A DNA stretch of 64,000 nucleotides, from positions 9,850,715-9,914,714 of the forward strand of contig CM108483.1 in the NCBI GenBank assembly GCA_048537945.1. The letters are read 5' to 3'. This DNA comes from Mnemiopsis leidyi. Taxonomy: Eukaryota. The notes beneath the pieces are model-generated. The model was not told the origin of the DNA, did not search any database, and saw only the letters and a program-made list of their open reading frames with translations. How positions within the stretch are numbered: position 1 is the first letter of the stretch; every line of letters starts with the position of its first letter. The position numbers and the translations under genes were made by a program. Positions 55,860-64,000 of the stretch are shown piece by piece.

Positions 55860-57345
55860 GATGAAGAGTTATCCCGTATGCATGCTTAACTTCTTGACAA
55901 TGGCACTTGGCTGCGGCTTTGTCAACAAGTGCTAGGCAAGAAGGCGGGCCGCAGCACTCTTGTTGAAGACATTTTGGGGACCTCACCACCTTGGTCCCGG
56001 GAAGCATTTCTTGGATCTAATGTGAATATCAACGATGGTAACTAGGATTCAAAGTCTGTCCTGTTCTGTTGTCAAAGATTTAATAGTGGTCCAGAGAAAC
56101 GATTCATAAAGGAAATGAAAAAATAAGAGAAAGATGAAGCAAAGGAATTTAGAGAGGAGAGTGCAGAGCCAGTTAAGCAGGTAAGAGGAATATAGGAGGA
56201 TATAGAAGACGTGAAAGAGTGATGATATTTTTCAAAAGTATTTGAAGACTATTCTAAGAGATCAAATTTTGACCACCATAGATTAATATGCGGCTGTAGG
56301 CCGGAGGTTCCGGCTAGTGAATGAAATTTAACAATACCGTCAACAGTAGCTTTTCCAGCTGTGGCCACCAACGGTAGAGTAGTGGTAAGGGTCTTGGACG
56401 TGACTTTGTAAGTTTGTTTAGGGTAGCATGCTGTGTTGCCGCCCACAAAACCCATTATGGGATAGAAGATCCTGGAAATGGCAATTTTAGCAGATAAACT
56501 AATCATGATTATCACACAATTGTCATTAATCATTTCGTACAAAACTAAGTGTTCAGTCCAATGAATCAACGGTTGCAATCACAAATTCTCCCGACTTTAA
56601 AATTAGAACAAACCTCTTGAAACCGCCAGACTTTCGGCCCTGTAATACCCCAGAGAAGGTACACAAACTGATAACAGATACTCTCTTGACCGTATCATAG
56701 GTGATCGGGACGAATCTCGTTACCGGTTTTATTGTAGATAGAACCTGCAAGTATGCAAGATGGTGAAAGTCTGAGTGTCACATTTAGGTACTTGCTCTGT
56801 AAATTACTAATTACTATTAGCTGTAACCATAGGGTGAATCATGATCAATCGTACGGCATAATGTGAATATTGAATACAATTTTATTGCTTCTCTGATGGA
56901 CATTTTGTCCAATGTCGAATGTGCAGTAAAAAACACATAAATTTTAAACCTTTTGTTCGGCATGAAAACATATTTCTTTCTTGTCATCTACTTCATTTTC
57001 AATAATATTTCTGTATTCTGTAAACTTCCTCCTGAAGATAGATATTACATAAGAAAGAGTGCGAGTGATTAGTACTTACCCATAGCTATAAAAAGGTCTA
57101 TCAAGAAACACAATTCTTGAAAAAATCCGTGAACCTATTTAAACAAGTAAAAGTGTTTATCTATATTGACTGTGTCTGACTTATCATTTGTTATCGTTCA
57201 TTCTCCATCACAGTGTCACATGTGGTAAAACCTAAAACACCAAAAATCGCATTCCCTATGAAGTGATTAAGAACCTGATAAGTCCAGGTGACTTGGCTGG
57301 AGTATTTTGCTTTGCTGCAGAAGGTGGATCGTAGATGTCTAGTTC
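55860..57345 (-). CDS. Unidentified small multi-exon gene (approximate): exons near 57268-57345 (MSELDIYDPPSAAKQNTPAKSPGLIR), 56610-56750, 56300-56470 and 55860-56007
   Basis: ORFs at 57256..57438, 56553..56750 (donor aag|gtttgt), 56249..56578 and 55675..56007, all on the - strand with plausible splice sites. No homology is recognised. Confidence 0.25.
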
Positions 57346-57967
57346 ACTCATACTTTCTGTTTTAATTCCTTCAGCACATACAAGCTGCAAACGGTGCGAA
57401 AGTGTTTCAGAAACAATGGATACTTTTCTAGTAAGCAATTTGATGGATATTGAGAACTATATAGGGCAAAGAATTAAAGAATTTTAAATTTTACATGAGG
57501 GATTAAAAGGAAATTTGCCGTGGAAAATTTAATTTCAATTATTAATATTCCGAGATTTGGCAGCTGAAGTAATGACACACATAAATATATTTATAAAACA
57601 ATAATTAAACAGAAATCGATTAGCTTTAAAACCATTTACAATAAACATTAAAAAAAATGATATAACTTTTTCACACAAATTAAATCAATAACTACAGTTA
57701 ATAAGAAGGCTGTATTTGATACTGTTCTTTAGAAAATTGTTAGTACCTTTCGAATCACTATGCAATTGCAACTTAATATGCATTTAATTCATATATGCAG
57801 CAAAGGAACATTGTAATTTTACTGTAGATTTGATATCAACAACTTATATGACACATAATGGCCATAGTGCAGAATACCATTAAAGCAACAGATGTTCGAA
57901 TTCAAAATCAAGATATCTAAGATAGCATTTGTTGCAATAAGCCAAGTCACCAATAAAGTTGTCAAAA

Positions 57968-60900
57968 TCATATGTCTTCTGCGAATGGGTTGTAATCATC
58001 TGCAAATGGGTTAGTGTCCTCCTCATCAAAAGGATTAGGAGCAGGAGAGGGGCTATCTTCAATAAAGGGATTATTGCTTTCTTCTGCAAAAGGATTTATC
58101 TCTTCCTCAGCAAATGGGTTGTTAATCTGTTTGCCATGATCTGACATTTTTGTATTGCGATTATTACCAGGACTTCTTTGAGTACTTCTAGAGGTAGGTT
58201 TAGGAGAGTGGCGACTTGGAGATCTAGATATTGACTGTGCAGGGGATTTTTGAGGTAACTGTGAGTTTTGGAAAGACCTGGTTGAGGCAGTATATACTCC
58301 ATTCTCTGGGCTTCTGAAGTTATCCTCGATTTTTGTTCCTTGTGAAGATGACATCCCAGAACTGGAAGGAATCTTTGAAGTTGACATAAAAGATTCCATG
58401 TCAAGATCAATGTCCTTGTAATAATCTCTGAAATCAGCAGCTAAATCAACATCATAATCGTCATCATTAGAGGCATTACTTTGCTCTTCATCATCGCAAA
58501 GTTCATGTATAAGAGCCATCCTATCTTCACCATTCAATGTCTTTCTCAACTCATTAAAGTTTGCTCTCCATGATTCAAAATGAGTTTGATGGTATGGAAC
58601 ATCAATAGAGATAACACGGCTTAGTATTTTTTGAGTTTTCTTTTTCATAGTTTGATCAGACTCACATAGAACACAATATTTCTGTCTCATGTGTTCGACA
58701 CAATCTGTGTGGGACAGATGAGCACAGTGGAAGATGAAAAAGGTAGTGTCTATTGGAGTGATGTACTGACAGCAAACCACACATATGTTCTTATGAATAT
58801 CAATTCCCCTGACATAATCCACCCTATCCCTCCTCAATGCACTAAAAATGTCATGCTGAACAATTTTCTTGGTACTCTCTAGAAGGACATCTTCATACAT
58901 CAAGGTGTCCAGCATGTTACCAACAACTTTCTTGATGTCTCCATACGTTTTAAATGACTTATTGGATGAGCTTTTAATGAGCTTGTCGAGTACTTTTGAG
59001 GAAGAAACAAATCCAAGCATGTTGTCAATCAATGTTTCCTGCAAGGAGATGCAATCAGTTGCTTCTCCAAGTCCAAGCAATAAATCAATCAGAGAAAACC
59101 AGTAGGATTCTTTGTCATTTTGAGAAAGTTGATCAGAGTTTCTTTGACAGAAATTGATGATTTTTATGAGAGTTTCCTCTACAAAAATAAGTTGCTTGTC
59201 CCGTATGGTGTCCCTGAGTACATCATAATACAATTTGAATGCATCCTCGAGATCACCTCTTGTTTCATAAAGGTATGCTGCAGCATCTTTCAGATTTGCT
59301 ATCAAGCACAATTCCAAAATGGCCTCAATTTTGTAACCAGTTGCAACTTTAAGGTAAGGACACACAAATTCAGGGTTATAGCGTGACATAAGCTTGATAT
59401 AGATGTGATGGATTTCAACATTGTTTATATCAGGATCTTCAGTACCTTTACTGATGTCAAAAACACATTGCAGCAGGGAGTACAGAGTTCTGGGCTGATC
59501 ATCCAACATATAAACAATCTTTTCTATGTCCTCACTGAAGGCCTTCAAGATCAATGTTGCAGTGTCTTCATTATTAATTGCTATTAATTTCCCAATGTTT
59601 TGAACACAAGTCTCCCTTATTTTTGTCTTGACCTCTTCAGAATATGGACCATCCATAATATGATAGATATAAGAAAACACTTTATCAATTCTGCTTGTAT
59701 CAGACCAGTAACAGAAAAGAACTTTGTCATACTCTTTTCTTTTCTCGTATATGATCTCACAAACTTGATAAAATTCTGCTGATTCAGATAATGCTAGCAG
59801 TCTATCTTCATTAAACTCAGTGATTCCAATAGTGAGAACTAATTCTAACAGAGCTTGTTCCCTTTCCTCGTGACCAGTGACATCATTTGTTGCCAGACAA
59901 TCTAAGGCTTGATCCAGATACTTTTTGTCCAGATAGAATGAGTTGACTACCTTTTGACGAGCTAAGAACGTGAAAAGATGTCCAATCTGCAAAGGTGTAT
60001 AATCCTGTCCCTCTTCAATCATCACATGTAGGAGAATATCAATTACGATTTGGTGAATTGGTAGGCACATAGGATGACCGAAAGTGACACTCATCACATT
60101 GAGGAATTCTCTTGTGTCGAGCTTTAGCATCAATTTAACATATGGGTAATCTGGTTCTTGGTACAGGAGATTTTCAGTTTCACTGTGTTTACAAAACACA
60201 TTGTTAAAAACAAGATTTTGAATTCTTACAGTCTCATCAGCATCAATGATTCCCATTGTGTCCGGAATATTACCAATTAGACAGTCACTGATGTACATAA
60301 GGATAACATAGCCTACTTGCTTATGTGATTTGTCCCCTTCAATCAGTTGAGCATGTAGTATATCCAGCAGATTTGTGAGAGGTGTGGAATAGTCCATAAG
60401 ACAAGCATTATAAATAAAAAGTATAGCTTCATACATATCATACTCTTTGCACAAAATCAAAGTATTGTGGATATCAAGGTTTCTTGGGTCCAGATGCAAT
60501 ATGCACTTCTCAAAACTCTGAAGCTTGCCATTTTCTTTAAAGTATTCCAGAAGGTCCTTCATAAGAATTGGATTCAGGGAGCTGATTTTATGATTGAAAA
60601 CGAATGGTTCTAATGTTTCGTAGAACACTCTTTGAATAGCACCAATTTTTGATAGCCTTGTATAAATTTCATCATAAACAAGGTTTGTATTTTTTGTGAC
60701 TATGCTTGCATTTATGCATGTTTTCAAGGCTACCCCTAGCCTAGTAAGATCTTGCTGAGTTTCATCGATATATAGAGAGAAGATGTCAACAATAAGCTCC
60801 ATACAAACATTTTGAACTCTGTCCATATCCCGAAACACCAATGAGGAGACACCTTTTCCCTTGCCCAAGTAAAATGACAAAGTGAGTTCTAGCGCATCAG

Positions 60901-62359
60901 CAAAATGCATGTCATTCTTGAGGTCGACTATTCTCTGACGCCAAGGATTAGATGCTATTTTCATGACATCCTTGCTGCCCAAGAACCATGTACCACCTGG
61001 GTATGAACAAACCGAATTATAGCATGCATATTGAGAGGCAGCAAACATCGCTTTGCTGACATTACCACCAGTCCCCAATGATCGGTAGAAGGCAGTGTTG
61101 TAGCAGAGCCCTATGTCTGAAACATTTGCCACAGTTTGCAGACGTGATAATGTGTGAGCATCTATCAAATGTACTTTCTCAGAAGAATCCAACACAGCAA
61201 TTGTATTGGTATTGAACCAGAATATTGATATAAGTTGAAATTCCAAGCTGCAAGATTTGAGTTTCCTTAAAAATACTTGATCTCTGTTGTTGATATTAAG
61301 ACTGTACATGACAAATCTTTTGCTTCGACCAATGACAAGTTTAGGTCTGGCACAGTCAACTTCATGATAGTACCAATTTATAACAGGGAGAGTTGTTGTG
61401 TCGCCCCATAGGCGCACACTGTACTTGATGTTAGGGTATGGCTTTAGTGAAATAAGCATTACTTGCTTGAAGGTACACAAGCCAACAATACAGTAGGGAT
61501 AAAGTGGGTGATTTTTGGCTACCTTTAGTCTTTGAATGTCTAAAACTTCTCCATGGGATCCAGAAAAAAGACATGTGCTTTCAGAACCTCGGATGGATAA
61601 AGTTTTGGTAAGTCTCACATCAAAGACAGATCCCTGAGATACCATATAAAGCAAGTGGGAACGATCAATGACAACAACTTTGATAACGGTGCTATCTGTG
61701 ACTTTTACTTCTATTTTCTGAAGATGAGAATTGTTCTTCAAATTCCAGACATGTATGAAACCAGTAGCATGAGAGGCAGCAAGGATCCCATCTTCTATGT
61801 CAAGTGATGTAACAGCACCAGAATCATAAACTTTATTGTTTGTTATTTCTCCATTAACTTCACCATCAATTGTCATGGATGAAACTTTGCCTGATCTAAA
61901 TCCAATACATATCAATCGGTTTTTAATGGTGATGGAAGTTGCCTTATCGTCTCTATTACATAATCCACCAAGGAGAGACAGTCCAGTACATTTGACAACT
62001 TCACCATACAGCTTCTTTTTGGTTTTAATCTCATTCGGGATTGTTGCACCTTTCCCAAACGATGAAAATGAACTGCTTGATATGACTGACATAAGATCAT
62101 CTTCAGCAAGAAGTACATTGTCAATATCCTCCCTTAAATCACTGTCAAGTAATGTTATAGGATCATCTTGAGACAATATTTCTTCAAGAGAAGGTAAAAC
62201 TGCAATTTCAGGGATATCAAAATCCTCAAGACCAGAGTTTAGGGATTCTGTATCATGTTCCTCAACAATCTTTTTCAATTGCTGGTTAATCAATTCAGTT
62301 GCTTTGTCTTCAGTATCACGCAACTTGATATCATCCATGACATACCTGAATAATATCAC
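57968..62359 (-). CDS. VPS8: VPS8 (vacuolar protein sorting 8; CORVET subunit), a single uninterrupted ~1450-aa ORF. The start is more likely MDDIKLRD at 62330. It has N-terminal WD40-like, central helical and C-terminal RING-H2 (CVVCCQYI…FHCAHLSHTDCV…CVLC) regions, then six NPF motifs at the C-terminus.
   Basis: The ORF at 57968..62359. The domain order and the RING-H2 spacing match VPS8. The C-terminal tail is NPFAEEEINPFAEESNNPFIEDSPSPAPNPFDEEDTNPFADDYNPFAEDI*. Confidence 0.85.
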   Translation of the reverse strand: MILFRYVMDDIKLRDTEDKATELINQQLKKIVEEHDTESLNSGLEDFDIPEIAVLPSLEEILSQDDPITLLDSDLREDIDNVLLAEDDLMSVISSSSFSSFGKGATIPNEIKTKKKLYGEVVKCTGLSLLGGLCNRDDKATSITIKNRLICIGFRSGKVSSMTIDGEVNGEITNNKVYDSGAVTSLDIEDGILAASHATGFIHVWNLKNNSHLQKIEVKVTDSTVIKVVVIDRSHLLYMVSQGSVFDVRLTKTLSIRGSESTCLFSGSHGEVLDIQRLKVAKNHPLYPYCIVGLCTFKQVMLISLKPYPNIKYSVRLWGDTTTLPVINWYYHEVDCARPKLVIGRSKRFVMYSLNINNRDQVFLRKLKSCSLEFQLISIFWFNTNTIAVLDSSEKVHLIDAHTLSRLQTVANVSDIGLCYNTAFYRSLGTGGNVSKAMFAASQYACYNSVCSYPGGTWFLGSKDVMKIASNPWRQRIVDLKNDMHFADALELTLSFYLGKGKGVSSLVFRDMDRVQNVCMELIVDIFSLYIDETQQDLTRLGVALKTCINASIVTKNTNLVYDEIYTRLSKIGAIQRVFYETLEPFVFNHKISSLNPILMKDLLEYFKENGKLQSFEKCILHLDPRNLDIHNTLILCKEYDMYEAILFIYNACLMDYSTPLTNLLDILHAQLIEGDKSHKQVGYVILMYISDCLIGNIPDTMGIIDADETVRIQNLVFNNVFCKHSETENLLYQEPDYPYVKLMLKLDTREFLNVMSVTFGHPMCLPIHQIVIDILLHVMIEEGQDYTPLQIGHLFTFLARQKVVNSFYLDKKYLDQALDCLATNDVTGHEEREQALLELVLTIGITEFNEDRLLALSESAEFYQVCEIIYEKRKEYDKVLFCYWSDTSRIDKVFSYIYHIMDGPYSEEVKTKIRETCVQNIGKLIAINNEDTATLILKAFSEDIEKIVYMLDDQPRTLYSLLQCVFDISKGTEDPDINNVEIHHIYIKLMSRYNPEFVCPYLKVATGYKIEAILELCLIANLKDAAAYLYETRGDLEDAFKLYYDVLRDTIRDKQLIFVEETLIKIINFCQRNSDQLSQNDKESYWFSLIDLLLGLGEATDCISLQETLIDNMLGFVSSSKVLDKLIKSSSNKSFKTYGDIKKVVGNMLDTLMYEDVLLESTKKIVQHDIFSALRRDRVDYVRGIDIHKNICVVCCQYITPIDTTFFIFHCAHLSHTDCVEHMRQKYCVLCESDQTMKKKTQKILSRVISIDVPYHQTHFESWRANFNELRKTLNGEDRMALIHELCDDEEQSNASNDDDYDVDLAADFRDYYKDIDLDMESFMSTSKIPSSSGMSSSQGTKIEDNFRSPENGVYTASTRSFQNSQLPQKSPAQSISRSPSRHSPKPTSRSTQRSPGNNRNTKMSDHGKQINNPFAEEEINPFAEESNNPFIEDSPSPAPNPFDEEDTNPFADDYNPFAEDI

Positions 62360-62610
62360 ATGTTTACTAATGAAGTTGAGGCCTAGACTAGCAAGCCCAG
62401 TGGCATAAATTTTAAAATTGGCTAGGAATGCGAATTCACGGGCTCATTTTGGCTTTTTTGCTAATTCCACTCTCGTTCACGTGGCCTATTTCATAACAGT
62501 ACCAATTAAGATGGCCTAGTAGCGGTATGAGCAAGCATAATCAAGTAACAGGAAAAACAGCAATAGTTAGACTGTGGAAGTAATGTCATCAAAAAAGCTA
62601 TTGGAAATAA

Positions 62611-62686
62611 TGCCCCGACCGGGCATCGAACTCGGGCCTCCTCACGCTAGAGCCGGCACCTTAACCACTCGGCCACCGCGTCATGT
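62611..62686 (-). ncRNA. tRNA-like sequence (5' half tRNA-Ser-like GACGCGGTGGCCGAGTGGTTAAGG; T-loop GAGTTCGATGCCCGG). Probably a tRNA pseudogene or SINE head.
   Basis: Box A and box B-like motifs are present. The acceptor stem cannot be paired (5' GACGCGG vs 3' TCGGGGC), so no canonical cloverleaf forms. Confidence 0.3.
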
Positions 62687-62739
62687 TCTTAAAAGTAATC
62701 ATTAGAGTCTTATACGCATAGCTACTGTAATTCAAGCCA

Positions 62740-62845
62740 TGCGCCGCGCTTCCCAGAAAAAGCCCTGGAAGCGCATTCCCAGATCTAGCCATGGTCGTGG
62801 CTAGAACGAGGGATATATGGCTAGAACTGGGAAGCGCGGCTCAAC
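62740..62845. repeat. Inverted repeat gcgccgcgcttcccag … ctgggaagcgcggctc flanking ~70 bp with internal tggctagaac direct repeats
   Basis: Seen directly in the sequence. A small hairpin element next to the tRNA-like sequence. Confidence 0.45.
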
Positions 62846-63404
62846 TTAAAAAGCACACAACTTTTCCAAATCAGCATTTAAGGAACGTTTTAGAATGACG
62901 GACACAGTCAAGCTAGATATTGTGCTTTCTCCAAAATCCTGCCAATTGTTTACTTTTTGGCTTTTTATCTCACACTTTTAGCTAGGAATCAGATTCCCAG
63001 ATTCCCTATTTTTTGCCACTAGGCTAGCAAGCTATAACAACAATCAAGCCTAGCTCTAGGGAATAGAAAGTAAGTTATAACATCATGACCAGAACTTTAA
63101 GAATTTAAGAATGCCATTCCTAGTCAAAGTTTAAGTACTTCCAGTACTTTAAGTAGCCAGTAAAAATTTATTCAGTCACCACAGTACATGTCGTGTTAAA
63201 TCTCTATTGATCTCAACATAGTTACTTCGGGCTACTCTTTTACTCTAAGGATCAAGCATTAACTCATATTCCTGACTATTCCTTCACCCTTCCTGATGCA
63301 CGGCTTATATTCCTAGAGATTCTTAATTTTTTGTAATGGACTACTCCAACGACTAGCCAATAGTAACATGCATTGATAAAAGATGCAATAACATTTGAGT
63401 CACC

Positions 63405-63480
63405 CATCTCGTGGCATAGGGGTAGATTTCCAAAGGGATTGTAACACACCTGGTTCGAACCCCTACCCAGTCACTTTTTT
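63405..63480 (+). ncRNA. Pol III tRNA-type element: box A-like TGGCATAGGGG (63412-63422), box B GGTTCGAACCC (63451-63461), terminator TTTTTT (63475-63480). A tRNA pseudogene or SINE head.
   Basis: The box A to box B spacing (~30 nt) and the T6 terminator fit a type-2 Pol III unit. The acceptor stem pairs only 6 of 7 (GGGGTAG vs CTACCCA) and the T-stem cannot be folded. Confidence 0.35.
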
Positions 63481-64000
63481 GTTAATGTGTTCATGTTAGA
63501 CAAGATCAAAATTTAAAGCTGTACAAAAAGCAAGTAGCCATTTTGAACTAAAAACAAAAGTTCTGCTGAACTTCAGCCAACTACCCCAGATTCTGAGCAA
63601 ATCCGCCTGGTTAGTCAAACAACTGTCTGTCATGAATGACTGCTGGACATTTTTTTTCCAAATATTCTGTCCGCCTTAAACTCTTTCACCAAAAATCTTC
63701 ATGCGCATTCCTTGACTGGGATCTCATTCCCAGTGAACTTTTTGTTTCATTATATGTCACTTTTTAAAAAAGCCATATTAGTCCAGAAAGATTTATGGCG
63801 TTAATTGAAGTTTGCCAAAGGCGTGAGTCAAAGGAATTACTAAGCTATCTTTCTATATCTAATTAAAAAGCTTTCTCTCTAAAAGATCATCTAGATGCAA
63901 GTTGGACTTGGGAAATTTTGTTTCGGTTCAAGATGCTTCTGACTGTATTATCACTATCAATTTCTGGCAAACAATGGTACCTACAATAACTACAGCTTTT

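Noticed and set aside
58096-59782. Several 60-110-aa ORFs on both strands inside the VPS8 locus (58096..58410 -, 58691..59782 +, 61836..62171 +)
   Set aside because: They overlap the long, homology-supported VPS8 ORF in other frames or antisense. These are typical spurious ORFs.
62611-62686. Calling this a functional tRNA-Ser gene
   Set aside because: The 5' half matches tRNA-Ser. However the anticodon stem (CCGGC / TGAGG) and the acceptor stem (GACGCGG / TCGGGGC) cannot pair. It is reported only as tRNA-like.

Overview
This is eukaryotic nuclear DNA: AT-rich, with GT-AG introns, foldback elements, MITEs and SINEs. It is most likely from an invertebrate metazoan. Boundaries marked approximate were placed by eye from splice signals and the ORF track and are not exact.

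Ordinary genes in the window:
- The 3' end of an ABCC/MRP-type ABC transporter, on the + strand.
- An eIF3j gene, on the - strand.
- A near-intronless RNase H2 subunit B gene, on the - strand.
- A MEX3-like RNA-binding gene with two KH domains and no visible RING finger, on the + strand.
- A 4.4 kb intronless VPS8 gene ending in NPF repeats, on the - strand.
- Several unidentified small genes and two tRNA-like Pol III elements.

The main system is two tandem, diverged paralogs of a vault-PARP (PARP4)-like gene, both on the - strand. Copy A spans about 38005 down to 25998, and possibly on to 21299. Copy B spans about 53110 down to 39695 or below. Both have the canonical BRCT, PARP regulatory, PARP catalytic, VIT and vWA architecture. 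Instead of the usual C-terminal tail, each has an acidic Ser/Asp/Glu stretch followed by one or two copies of the first ~70 residues of actin, including the DNase-I-binding D-loop. In copy B a 15-unit GAAPPRAP polyproline array follows, encoded by a 24-bp coding minisatellite, then further internally repeated exons.

The paralog introns differ by lineage-specific insertions:
- a 4 kb cluster of foldbacks, MITEs and tandem satellite in copy A;
- a 0.9 kb perfect foldback and a tRNA-derived SINE in copy B.

A 2.1 kb palindrome at 23908-26003 carries a hAT-like transposase C-terminal fragment and abuts the stop codon of copy A's actin-like exon.
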